The notes below the pieces were generated by a model, which saw only the letters and a program-made list of their open reading frames with translations, was not told the origin of the DNA and made no database searches. 37,013 nucleotides of DNA from Thermomicrobiales bacterium (lineage in GTDB: Bacteria > Chloroflexota > Chloroflexia > Thermomicrobiales > UBA6265), in NCBI GenBank assembly GCA_035936055.1, contig DASYWL010000163.1, positions 1 to 37,013 on the forward strand. The letters are read 5' to 3'. This document shows positions 1 through 10,129 of the stretch, in pieces; position 1 is the first letter of the stretch, and the number at the start of each line of letters is the position of its first letter. The position numbers and the translations under genes were made by a program.

Positions 1-344
1 ACGCTCGTGACGAGGGGATGTATTCCGGGGCGACGCAGCGTGGCTCCCGCGGCGGGCGGATTCCAGGTGCAGTGAACGTGCCGGCGCAGTCGTTCACTGG
101 CATCGACGGCTGTTGGAAGGCAGGCGATGAGATCCGGCAGCAGGCTGTGGAGGCCGGAGTTGCGCTGGACCTGCCGGTAACCGCCTACTGCAACGGAGGC
201 GTGACAGCGACGCAACTGCTCTTCGGGTTGCACCGGGCGGGGATGCCGCTCGACCTGCTGAGCAACTATGACGGGTCATGGAACGAGTGGGGCGAGCGTG
301 CGGACTTGCCGGTGGAGGGCAACCAGGATTTGTTCAGGGACTGA
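1..344 (+). CDS. Rhodanese-domain sulfurtransferase (thiosulfate/3-mercaptopyruvate type), C-terminal fragment; 5' end lies outside the window
   Basis: Reading frame of ORF 18..344 is open to the window edge. It carries a rhodanese catalytic loop (YCNGGVTA) and the C-terminal NYDGSWNEWG motif typical of two-domain sulfurtransferases. Confidence 0.75.
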   Translation, partial: ARDEGMYSGATQRGSRGGRIPGAVNVPAQSFTGIDGCWKAGDEIRQQAVEAGVALDLPVTAYCNGGVTATQLLFGLHRAGMPLDLLSNYDGSWNEWGERADLPVEGNQDLFRD

Positions 345-556
345 GACCGCGGTGCACCCCGCCTCAGCACTCTGCAACTGACGCCTCGAGCCGTGCCAGA
401 GTGCAGGGGACGCGAAGAGGAGCACTTTCTCTCATCGGAAGGAGGCGCGGAACGGGCAAGACATGTCTTGACGCGGGCCTCACTGTGACCGGGTCAAGGT
501 CGATCTGTGACCTGCGCGAACATTCGCAGGCTGCAAGAAACAATCAGCGCAACAAG

Positions 557-588
557 AAACCGGGCGGGGATTGATCCCCGCCCGGTTT
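557..588. terminator. Bidirectional intrinsic terminator hairpin, best placed as terminator of the minus-strand tRNA operon
   Basis: 11-bp GC-rich stem CCGGGCGGGGA/TCCCCGCCCGG (560-570/575-585) with loop TTGA, flanked by AAA and TTT. On the minus strand it starts 10 nt after the tRNA-Phe 3' end and is followed by UUUCUUGUU. Confidence 0.7.
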
Positions 589-597
589 CCACCTCTT

Positions 598-673
598 TGG
601 TGCCAAGGGGCAGACTCGAACTGCCGACCGCACGATTTTCAGTCGTGAGCTCTACCAACTGAGCTACCTTGGC
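598..673 (-). tRNA. tRNA-Phe (anticodon GAA), CCA encoded
   Basis: Reverse complement folds as a cloverleaf. Acceptor GCCAAGG/CCTTGGC, D-arm GCTC-AGTTGGTA-GAGC, anticodon stem CACGA/TCGTG with loop CTGAAAA, T-arm GGCAG-TTCGAGT-CTGCC, 3' ACCA. Confidence 0.95.
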
Positions 674-707
674 AAGTTGTCTGGCCGATCGGCTGCCCGA
701 CCGTTAC

Positions 708-782
708 GGTGGGCGATAGAGGACTCGAACCTCTGACATCCACGGTGTAAACGTGGCGCTCTTCCAGCTGAGCTAATCGCCC
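708..782 (-). tRNA. tRNA-Val (anticodon TAC)
   Basis: Reverse complement is GGGCGATTAGCTCAGCTGGAAGAGCGCCACGTTTACACCGTGGATGTCAGAGGTTCGAGTCCTCTATCGCCCACC. Acceptor GGGCGAT/ATCGCCC, anticodon stem CCACG/CGTGG with loop TTTACAC, T-arm AGAGG-TTCGAGT-CCTCT. Only CC of the CCA tail is encoded. Confidence 0.95.
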
Positions 783-810
783 CTCAGCTGTCGGCAATCC
801 GGACCGATCG

Positions 811-898
811 TGGTGCCCAGGAAAGGATTTGAACCTTCACGCCCTAAACGGGCACTAGCCCCTCAAGCTAGCGCGTCTGCCTATTCCGCCACCTGGGC
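811..898 (-). tRNA. tRNA-Leu (anticodon GAG), long variable arm, CCA encoded
   Basis: Reverse complement has acceptor GCCCAGG/CCTGGGC, anticodon stem CTAGC/GCTAG with loop TTGAGGG, a long variable arm (TGCCCGTTTAGGGCGT), T-loop TTCAAAT and 3' ACCA. Confidence 0.95.
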
Positions 899-931
899 AG
901 GTGCTTGCCGCCTGACGATGCAGCGACAAGG

Positions 932-961
932 ATTATAGGCGCTGCTGGCGACCGTCGTCAA
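932..961 (-). promoter_or_regulatory. Sigma-70-type promoter of the tRNA Leu-Val-Phe operon
   Basis: On the minus strand: TTGACG (961-956), 18-nt spacer, TATAAT (937-932). The predicted start lies about 25-30 nt upstream of the tRNA-Leu 5' end at 898. Confidence 0.55.
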
Positions 962-1068
962 CTCGTTGCGCCCTCGTATCGTAGTGGATATACGCCGCAT
1001 CCCAGAGCGCACCAACGCCCGGATCAGGCCGCGGCGCAAAGAGAAGAACATAAAGGGAAGAACGCGAC

Positions 1069-2127
1069 ATGGCGCCATTACCGCCCGAGTCCAAACTGAT
1101 CTCGACTGCCGACTCCCTGCTGGAGGAGACCGAGACGCCTGGCGCCGCTGTCGCGATCCTGGTCGATGGCGAGCGCGTCTTCCACGCCGGTGTCGGTAGC
1201 CTCGATCTTGCCCGAGGCAAGGCGATCGAGGTGGACGCGCAGTTTCTGCTGTACAGCGTGACCAAGATGCTGCTGGCAGCGGTGACAATGCGCTTGGTCG
1301 AGCGCGGTATCGTGTCGTTGACCGATTCCGTGGCCAGCCTGATCCCGGAGGCGGCCATCGACCGGCGCATGAGCCTCCGGCATCTACTCCGCCATACCAG
1401 CGGCCTGCGGGACTATGGCGGGATGCCAGAGTATCACGAGGCGGTGAGGACCTCGCCGATGGAGCCGTGGCCGGAAGCGACCATCCTTGGGCGCACACTA
1501 GCGCAAGGGGCACTCTTTGAACCGGGACAGGGCTGGGCGTACTCCAATATCGGATACCTGCTGATCCGGCGTGTCGTTGGCCGGCATGCTGGCGGCTCCC
1601 TGGCAACCGCGCTCGATGAGTTGCTTTTCCGGCCGCTCGGCTTGGAGCGTACTCGCATGTGCGAGACGCTGGACGACACGCTGGAGCTGACGCCGGGCTT
1701 CACGACGTCCATCGGCGAGGGCGGGCTGGTTGACGTCCGCGGACGGTACCACCCTGGATGGGTCGCGCACGGTGTCGTGCAGTCGACCGTGGCTGAGCTG
1801 GCCGTTGTCGTCGACGCCCTGCTGGCTGGACACCTGCTTGGACAGCAGTCGCTGGCGGTCATGCGCGCCGCGCTGCCAGTTCTGGTCACCCATCCGGTCA
1901 TTCGCGTGCCCGGCTACGGACTCGGGCTCATGATGGATCTCGATCCGGGTTCACATAGTCTGACCGGACATGCGGGCGGCGGTCCGGGCTACTCGGCAGC
2001 GGCATTCTCGATCAGGTCTGGAGACGGACGCCGGATAACGATTGCCACACTGGCGAATCGGGACGCGGATGAGGTGGCCCTGAGGATGGTGGTCGAGCTC
2101 GGTGGAATGCTTGCCGGAACGTCCTGA
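1069..2127 (+). CDS. Serine hydrolase of the beta-lactamase / penicillin-binding (class C-like) family
   Basis: SxxK motif (YSVTK) about 60 aa from the N-terminus and a YSN motif (WAYSNIGY). ATG at 1069 is preceded by AAGGGAAG. The long antisense ORFs 881..1606 and 1434..1901 are Arg/Pro/Ser-rich artefacts. Confidence 0.8.
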   Translation: MAPLPPESKLISTADSLLEETETPGAAVAILVDGERVFHAGVGSLDLARGKAIEVDAQFLLYSVTKMLLAAVTMRLVERGIVSLTDSVASLIPEAAIDRRMSLRHLLRHTSGLRDYGGMPEYHEAVRTSPMEPWPEATILGRTLAQGALFEPGQGWAYSNIGYLLIRRVVGRHAGGSLATALDELLFRPLGLERTRMCETLDDTLELTPGFTTSIGEGGLVDVRGRYHPGWVAHGVVQSTVAELAVVVDALLAGHLLGQQSLAVMRAALPVLVTHPVIRVPGYGLGLMMDLDPGSHSLTGHAGGGPGYSAAAFSIRSGDGRRITIATLANRDADEVALRMVVELGGMLAGTS

Positions 2128-2154
2128 TCGGCTGCCGGAATGCGGTAAGGTGCG

Positions 2155-2163
2155 TGGTACCAT
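2155..2163 (+). promoter_or_regulatory. Candidate extended -10 promoter (TGGTACCAT) for mdh
   Basis: TGnTAnnnT-type element lying after the stop of the upstream gene (2127) and about 116 nt before the mdh ATG. There is no convincing -35. Confidence 0.3.
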
Positions 2164-2278
2164 GCCAGCAGAATCGCAAGCGAGACCTGCCGGAAACTGG
2201 CGTGATCGACGGAATTGGCTCCGCCAGCCGCAAGAATCGGCACCTGCGTCGGCAGGGCCCGGAGAGGAGCAAGGCGAG

Positions 2279-3247
2279 ATGGCAACGGACGTCGCGCGGC
2301 GTACGGGTCGCTCTAAGGTCACGGTGGTCGGTGCCGGCATGGTCGGCGGGACTGTCGCGCAGCTGGTCGCACAGGGCGACTACGCCGACGTGGTGCTGGT
2401 CGACATCGTGGAGGGGATGCCGCAGGGCAAGGCGCTCGACCTCATGCAGGCAGGCCCGGTGCTCGGCTACGACAGTAGGCTGACCGGCACGAACGGCTAT
2501 CGGGAGACAGGTAATTCTGATGTGGTCGTGATTACTTCCGGCATTGCCCGCAAGCCGGGGATGAGCCGCGATGACTTGCTGAAGACCAACATGGGCATCG
2601 TAGAGTCCGTGACGAAGGACATCGTCGCGACGTCGCCGAATGCGGTGATCATCGTGGTGTCGAATCCGCTCGACGCGATGTGCCACGTTGCGTTCGATAC
2701 GGCCGGCTTTCCGCGCGAACGGGTGATCGGCCAGGCCGGCGTGCTGGATTCGGCAAGGTTCCGGACCTTCATCGCAATGGAGCTCGACGTTTCGGTCGAG
2801 GACGTCTCCGCTTTCGTCCTCGGCGGTCACGGCGATACGATGGTGCCGCTTTCGCGGTATTCGACTGTCGCCGGCATTCCGATCACCGAGCTGATCCCTG
2901 CGGATAGGCTCAGGGAGATCGAGCAGCGAACTGCCAACGGTGGCGCCGAGATCGTCAGCTTGCTGAAGAGCGGCAGCGCCTACTACGCTCCCGCCAGCTC
3001 GGTAGTGGAGATGGTTCAGTCAGTGCTACTCGACAAGAAGCGCATCCTGCCGTCCAGCGTCCTGCTGCAGGGTGAGTACGGCATCAGCGGTCTCTACGTC
3101 GGTGTCCCTGCGAAGCTCGGCGCGAACGGCATGGAGCAGGTGATCGAGATTTCGCTCACCGACGAGGAGCAGGCAGCGCTCCAGAACTCTGCCAACGCGG
3201 TGCAGGGGCTTGTCGAAGCCATGGAGCGCCTCCGGAACGAGGCTTAG
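2279..3247 (+). CDS. mdh: Malate dehydrogenase (LDH-like, NAD-dependent)
   Basis: [12 protein letters not shown] Rossmann motif, [16 protein letters not shown] substrate loop, [13 protein letters not shown]. The ORF track starts at 2102. I prefer the ATG at 2279, preceded by GGAGAGGAG (2261-2269), which gives the usual N-terminus. Confidence 0.93.
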   Translation: MATDVARRTGRSKVTVVGAGMVGGTVAQLVAQGDYADVVLVDIVEGMPQGKALDLMQAGPVLGYDSRLTGTNGYRETGNSDVVVITSGIARKPGMSRDDLLKTNMGIVESVTKDIVATSPNAVIIVVSNPLDAMCHVAFDTAGFPRERVIGQAGVLDSARFRTFIAMELDVSVEDVSAFVLGGHGDTMVPLSRYSTVAGIPITELIPADRLREIEQRTANGGAEIVSLLKSGSAYYAPASSVVEMVQSVLLDKKRILPSSVLLQGEYGISGLYVGVPAKLGANGMEQVIEISLTDEEQAALQNSANAVQGLVEAMERLRNEA

Positions 3248-3274
3248 AGCCGCGTTAACTGTCGGAAAACGTCG

Positions 3275-3299
3275 CAGCCTCGGCTTGTTGCCGAGGCTG
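3275..3299 (+). terminator. Hairpin downstream of mdh (possible terminator)
   Basis: 10-bp stem CAGCCTCGGC/GCCGAGGCTG with loop TTGTT, 28 nt after the mdh stop. There is no clear U-tract. Confidence 0.45.
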
Positions 3300-3310
3300 T
3301 CCGGCTGTGG

Positions 3311-3326
3311 TGGCACTCGTCGTGCA
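3311..3326 (+). promoter_or_regulatory. Candidate sigma-54 (-24/-12) promoter
   Basis: TGGCACTCGTCGTGCA compared with consensus TGGCACG-N4-TTGCW. GG (3312-3313) and GC (3324-3325) are separated by exactly 10 nt. It is intergenic, about 112 nt upstream of the ATG at 3438. A sigma-54 activator gene lies immediately beyond that gene. Confidence 0.45.
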
Positions 3327-3336
3327 TCACGGCTGA

Positions 3337-3345
3337 TGGTATGGT
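3337..3345 (+). promoter_or_regulatory. Alternative extended -10 element (TGGTATGGT)
   Basis: TGnTATGGT immediately downstream of the sigma-54-like element. It is a competing explanation for transcription of the 3438 gene. Confidence 0.25.
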
Positions 3346-3437
3346 CGCAGGCAGATGAATCCGCCTGAAGATGCGCTATGAGAGCGACAGCTTGCTGCTG
3401 CCGCCTCTGCCCGTAAAGAAGCGAGAGGATCGACGGG

Positions 3438-4409
3438 ATGCCGAAGATACTGGGCGCACTCGGCACGGTGCGCGGGTTCATGAACGTCGTGAAGGAGGTC
3501 GACTTCGACGAGGTTCGGAGCCGGGCCGAGACGGCGCCTCGAGTGCTGGTCGTTGCCGACGAACAGGGGCGAGCGGAGCGGTTTGTGACCGAGGTGTTCG
3601 GCGACGACGCGATGCGGCACGTCGACATCCGCACGGGCTGGTTCGAGGACATCGATGCCAGCAGATGGGATGTGATTGTCGTGCTTGACCCGACCGACAG
3701 TGGCGTCCTGCCGAAGGTGAAATCAGCTGTCGGTGAAGCGGCGAAACGCAAGCTGGTCGATGCGAAAGTCTGCGGACCGGGGATGACGGTGGAAGAGATC
3801 ACTGCAGCGCAGGACGCGATAGTTTCGGCGGACACCGAGTTTGCCGCCGCATTGGGCCGCCGTTTCCCAGAGTTGCAGCTGGCTGCAGTCAAGGCGATCG
3901 TCGACGAGACGGCGAAGGCGAACGCACAGTTCGCCCTGGTTTCCAACGCGCCGGCCATCGTGCCGTTCATTGGCGGGATCGTCGCGGCAAGTGCAGACTT
4001 GATCGTTCTCACCAAGAACCAGGTGATGATGGTCTACAAGATCGCCGCGGTGCACAACCGCGCGCTGGACAATCAGCTCAAGCTCATGCGGGAGCTTGCT
4101 CCTGTCGTCGGGAGTGGCTTTCTCTGGCGCACGCTCGCACGGGAGGCGGCCTCCTTCCTTCCACTGGCAGCCGGGACGGTGCCAAAGGTCGCCATTGCCT
4201 ACGTCGGTACCGTCGTGATGGGACGCGCGGCAGACTACTACTATCGCTTCGGGAAGAAACCCACGAGGGAACACCTCAGGGAGTTTACCCGAAGAGCGAG
4301 CGAGACGGCCTCCCGGCTGCAGATCAGCCGCAAGGACGAGCAGGAGGCCAGGAAAGCAGAGCCTGCCGAAACTGCCGAGAGGCAGCAGCCGACAGCGGAG
4401 GTTTCCTGA
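3438..4409 (+). CDS. Hypothetical protein; C-terminal half resembles DUF697-type membrane-associated domains, Glu/Ala/Arg-rich tail
   Basis: ATG at 3438 preceded by GAGAGGA. Good GC3 bias. The hydrophobic stretches (NAPAIVPFIGGIVAASADLIVL; LPLAAGTVPKVAIAYVGTVVMG) and the overall pattern recall DUF697/YcjF-like proteins, from memory only. The N-terminal part has no intact P-loop. Confidence 0.7.
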   Translation: MPKILGALGTVRGFMNVVKEVDFDEVRSRAETAPRVLVVADEQGRAERFVTEVFGDDAMRHVDIRTGWFEDIDASRWDVIVVLDPTDSGVLPKVKSAVGEAAKRKLVDAKVCGPGMTVEEITAAQDAIVSADTEFAAALGRRFPELQLAAVKAIVDETAKANAQFALVSNAPAIVPFIGGIVAASADLIVLTKNQVMMVYKIAAVHNRALDNQLKLMRELAPVVGSGFLWRTLAREAASFLPLAAGTVPKVAIAYVGTVVMGRAADYYYRFGKKPTREHLREFTRRASETASRLQISRKDEQEARKAEPAETAERQQPTAEVS

Positions 4410-4467
4410 GCGATAAAGGCACGCGCTCCACCCGTTTGCATGTTATCGGACCATTGCGCGTTGGACG

Positions 4468-5835
4468 CTAGCCGGGGCTCAGAGCAGAGATCCGCTTGTT
4501 GAACTGGGGCACCTTGAGGCCGAGCAGCGCTGCGGCCTCGGAGCGGTCGCCCTTGGCAGCGGCGAGCGCCTCCTCGAGTGCGGCATGCTCCACCTCGTCG
4601 AGGAGGTCGTCGAGCGAGGTGCCACGTCGAACCAGGGTGCCAATGTCGAAGAGTCGCCGGCTGTCGGCACCGAAGAAGCTGATGTGCTCTGGCGTGATGA
4701 TCGATCCCTGTGAGAGCACCACGGCGCGCTCGACGAGGTTCTGCAGTTCACGGACGTTGCCCGGCCAGTCGTAGTCCATCAGCATCTCCACGGCCTGCTG
4801 ACTCATTCGGGACGGCTCGGACCGAGGCGTGGCGCGGTACTTGCTGAGGAAGTGCTCAACCAGCAACGGGATGTCCTCGCGACGCTCCCGTAAGGGCGGC
4901 AAGTAGATGGCGATCACGTTGAGGCGGTAGTAGAGGTCCTCGCGGAACCGGTTGGCCTCGACCTCCTGCTGGAGCACCTTGTTGGTCGCCGCGATCACAC
5001 GGGTGTCAACCTTGACTGACACCGTGCCGCCGACGCGCTCGAACTCGCGCTCTTGGAGCACGCGCAGGAGCTTCTTCTGGGTGGAAAGGGTCATCTCGCC
5101 GATCTCGTCAAGGAAGATGGACCCCTTGTTGGCGAGCTCGAACCGGCCCTTGCGCTGGTTCATCGCGCCGGTGAAGGCGCCTTTTTCGTGGCCGAACAGT
5201 TCACTCTCGAGCAGCGTCTCCGGGAGCGCTGCACAATTCACCTTGACGAGTGGACCGCGAGCGTAGTTGGACGTCTCGTGGAGGATGGTCGCGATGAGCT
5301 CCTTCCCGGTCCCCGTTTCGCCCGTGATAAGTACCGTGGCGTCGGAGCGGGCCACCCGGCCCACCGTTTTGTAGACCTCCTGCATGGCCGGACTGTTGCC
5401 GATCATCAGATCGTTCGGATCCGGCTTGTCGAGCCGCTTGGAGAGTTCCTCGATCTGATCCGAAAGCTGCTTCCGGTCAAAGAAGCGGCGAATCGTCAGC
5501 ATGACGTCGTCGAGGTCGAACGGCTTGGTGAGGTAGTCGTAGGCACCACCCTGCATGGCCTGGATGGCGACACTACTCGTGCCGAAGGCGGTCATCATGA
5601 TGATGGGGAGGGGACCGTTGTTGGTTGGCTTCACCTCCCTGAGGACGTCGATGCCGCTCTTGTCCGGCATGCGCACGTCCATCATGATGAGGTCCGGCGG
5701 CGTGTCACCGGAGAGGGAATCGATCACGGCCCTGCCCGTTTCGGCTTCGGCGACCTCGAACCCCTCGTCCTCAAGAAGATCACGAAGGACCCCTCGAATG
5801 GCAGCGTCATCGTCGACGATCATGATTGTGGACAT
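4468..5835 (-). CDS. Sigma-54-dependent response regulator (NtrC family: REC + AAA+ sigma-54 interaction domain + Fis-type HTH)
   Basis: Receiver domain (IMIVDDD..., MMDVRMPDKSG), Walker A GETGTGKE, GAFTGA loop (EKGAFTGA), R-finger region and a C-terminal HTH. Start reset from 5925 to the ATG at 5835 (MSTIMIVDDD), with AAGGA about 14 nt upstream. Confidence 0.9.
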   Translation of the reverse strand: MSTIMIVDDDAAIRGVLRDLLEDEGFEVAEAETGRAVIDSLSGDTPPDLIMMDVRMPDKSGIDVLREVKPTNNGPLPIIMMTAFGTSSVAIQAMQGGAYDYLTKPFDLDDVMLTIRRFFDRKQLSDQIEELSKRLDKPDPNDLMIGNSPAMQEVYKTVGRVARSDATVLITGETGTGKELIATILHETSNYARGPLVKVNCAALPETLLESELFGHEKGAFTGAMNQRKGRFELANKGSIFLDEIGEMTLSTQKKLLRVLQEREFERVGGTVSVKVDTRVIAATNKVLQQEVEANRFREDLYYRLNVIAIYLPPLRERREDIPLLVEHFLSKYRATPRSEPSRMSQQAVEMLMDYDWPGNVRELQNLVERAVVLSQGSIITPEHISFFGADSRRLFDIGTLVRRGTSLDDLLDEVEHAALEEALAAAKGDRSEAAALLGLKVPQFNKRISALSPG

Positions 5836-5963
5836 CAGTGGCGGCGTATCCTTGTCTCGGCATGAGTGGCGACCCCGGTTCTGTGCGCGGCCGCGGCGAG
5901 AGCATTCTGCACCAAGTATACGCACCCACTGATTTTCAGGGGAGAACGAGGACTGCAGGCACG

Positions 5964-7613
5964 ATGACCTTCCGACGCGTGGTGTTGATCGGCATGAGCG
6001 GGGCGGGCAAGAGCACCGTCGGCCGCATGCTAGCCGGGCGACTCGGCTGGCGGCTCATCGATCTCGACGCCGAGATCGAGCGGCGCCAAGGGCGCTCCAT
6101 TCCCGATATCTTTCGAACCAGCGGTGAGGACGTGTTCCGGGCGATCGAGCGGCAAGAGTTTCGGGCAGCGCTGGAGAGCGAGAACGCGGTGATCTCGACA
6201 GGCGGCGGGGCAGTGACGAACGAGGAGGCGTGGGGGAGCGATCTGCTCGGTGCCAGCGGCACGCTGTCCGTTCTGCTCGACGCGCCGGCCGAGGTGCTCT
6301 ATCAACGACTGGTGGAGCAGCAGGCGCAGGACCCGAGCGGCGCGATTCGCCCGATGCTGTCAGGGAGCAATCCGCTTGCCCGCATCCGGGCGCTCCTGAG
6401 TGAGCGGGACCGGTGGTACCGGCGGGCGGGCATCGTTCTTCCAGTTGGGGATCGTACCGTCGATGAGGTGACCGGCCTCGTTGCCGATGCCCTCGGCCGG
6501 CGCTCATGGCTGGTCGGGCTGGACGTTTCCGGAGCGGCGTCGCGCATCTACGTGGGAGCCGACGTGCTCGACTTCCTGGGAGTCAGGATCAGCGAGCAGT
6601 GGCCAAAGGCGCGCCGCGTCTGGATCGTCGCCGACGAGGACGTTGCCGGTTATCACCTCCAAGCGACGGTCTCGGCTGCTGAACGAGACGGCGCGGAGGT
6701 CCGGACGCTGACATTCCCGAGTGGGGAGGCGAGCAAGTCGCTCGCCGGGCTCGGCGGACTCTACGATGGCCTGCTCAGAGGTGGTATCGAACGATCGGAT
6801 GTGATCGTCGCGCTTGGTGGCGGTGTGGCCGGAGATCTCGTCGGGTTCGCGGCCGCCACGGTCTTGCGGGGGGGCGGCCTGGTGCAGGTGCCGACCACGC
6901 TACTGGCCATGGTCGACAGCAGCGTGGGCGGCAAGACGGGCATCAACCACCCGGCCGGCAAGAATCTCATCGGCGCCTTCTACCAGTCGCCGGTGGTGCT
7001 CATCGCTCCCGAAATGCTGAAGACGCTCCCAAACCGCGAGTATCGCTCGGGATGGGCGGAGATTATCAAGCACGGACTGATCGAGCCGACGACGCCTGCT
7101 GGCGACAGCGGACTGTTTGATCTTGTTGTCGCGAACGCAAGGTTGCTGAATGACCGGGCTTCGCCGTTGCTGAATCCAATCATTGCACGCAATGTCGAGA
7201 TCAAGGCGTCTGTCGTTCAAGCAGACGAGCGTGAGGCCGGGTTGCGGGCGATTCTCAACTTCGGGCACACCATCGGGCATGCCATTGAGGCGGCAGGCTA
7301 CACGCTGCTCCACGGCGAAGCAATTGCGGTCGGGCTGCACGGTGCGATGCGGTTCGGCGAGGCGCTGGGTCGGGTTTCCAGCGATCGTGTCGACGAGGTC
7401 GTATCGGTGCTCGAAGCGTTTGGGCTGCCAACCACTGTCGATATCGATAGCGGCGAGATCCGGCGGCGCATGCAAAGCGACAAGAAGCGGGTCGCCGGCC
7501 GCCAGCAGTGGATCGTGCCGCTCCCCGAGGGCGGCGTGAGCGTCGAGCGTGGCGTGCCGGAGACGGCGGTCGACGCCGCCTTGGCGGCCATCATTGCGCG
7601 CGATTCCGCCTGA
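5964..7613 (+). CDS. aroK-aroB: Bifunctional shikimate kinase / 3-dehydroquinate synthase (AroK-AroB fusion)
   Basis: The N-terminal ~170 aa carries the shikimate kinase P-loop GMSGAGKSTVGR and the ...STGGG motif. The remainder is 3-dehydroquinate synthase (GGGVAGDLVGFAAA, VPTTLLAMVDSSVGGKTGINH, FGHTIGHAIE). It is one uninterrupted frame. Start reset to the ATG at 5964 (MTFRRVVLIGMSG). Confidence 0.9.
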   Translation: MTFRRVVLIGMSGAGKSTVGRMLAGRLGWRLIDLDAEIERRQGRSIPDIFRTSGEDVFRAIERQEFRAALESENAVISTGGGAVTNEEAWGSDLLGASGTLSVLLDAPAEVLYQRLVEQQAQDPSGAIRPMLSGSNPLARIRALLSERDRWYRRAGIVLPVGDRTVDEVTGLVADALGRRSWLVGLDVSGAASRIYVGADVLDFLGVRISEQWPKARRVWIVADEDVAGYHLQATVSAAERDGAEVRTLTFPSGEASKSLAGLGGLYDGLLRGGIERSDVIVALGGGVAGDLVGFAAATVLRGGGLVQVPTTLLAMVDSSVGGKTGINHPAGKNLIGAFYQSPVVLIAPEMLKTLPNREYRSGWAEIIKHGLIEPTTPAGDSGLFDLVVANARLLNDRASPLLNPIIARNVEIKASVVQADEREAGLRAILNFGHTIGHAIEAAGYTLLHGEAIAVGLHGAMRFGEALGRVSSDRVDEVVSVLEAFGLPTTVDIDSGEIRRRMQSDKKRVAGRQQWIVPLPEGGVSVERGVPETAVDAALAAIIARDSA

Positions 7614-7624
7614 CGGGACGCCCG

Positions 7625-7633
7625 TGGTATCCT
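7625..7633 (+). promoter_or_regulatory. Candidate extended -10 promoter (TGGTATCCT) for the adoK-ahcY-metK operon
   Basis: TGnTATCCT 12 nt after the aroK-aroB stop. A second copy of CGTGGTAT occurs at 7671-7678. There is no good -35. Confidence 0.25.
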
Positions 7634-7755
7634 CTTGACGGTAACCGGTACCGTTCAGCAGCACCGGCCTCGTGGTATGTACTGCCTAATGCAGACCTCG
7701 CGAAAGCCGAACGGTGCGGGCTTCGTGCGTCCAGAGGAAGTGGGGGTCCCGTCGC

Positions 7756-10069
<2,314 letters not shown>

Positions 10070-10129
10070 CCTGTCGGATCAGCAGTCCCGGCGACCGGTT
10101 TCGCGGTCGTCGGCGAGAAGGAACACGCC

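Noticed and set aside
881-1606. Long antisense or off-frame ORFs throughout the window. Examples are 881..1606-, 2012..2830-, 3026..4015-, 5053..5865+, 6900..7664-, 8732..9931-, 10664..11260-, 14534..15793+, 18222..19277+, 20232..21281+, 26680..28314-, 29868..30644-, 32525..33466+ and 34032..34856-.
   Set aside because: Each one overlaps a gene with clear family signatures on the other strand or frame. Their translations are Arg/Pro/Ala/Gly/His-rich with no motifs, as expected for stop-poor alternative frames in GC-rich DNA.
2102-2278. N-terminal extensions given by the ORF track: mdh from 2102, regulator to 5925, aroK-aroB from 5826, aminotransferase to 20897, FNR from 21022, holin-like from 23604, clpC from 28221, radA from 30837, murG to 33703, rluD from 33954 and miaB to 15826.
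   Set aside because: The extensions lack an SD, overlap neighbouring genes or promoters, and add non-homologous Arg-rich residues. Internal starts with good SD spacing reproduce the usual family N-termini.
7614-7755. Assignment of the adoK leader to a known SAM-I, SAM-II, SAM-IV, SAM/SAH or SAH riboswitch class.
   Set aside because: I could not find the conserved cores as I remember them. Only a vague AACGG..GCUUC resemblance to SAM/SAH motifs is present. It is kept as an unclassified candidate, not as a called riboswitch.
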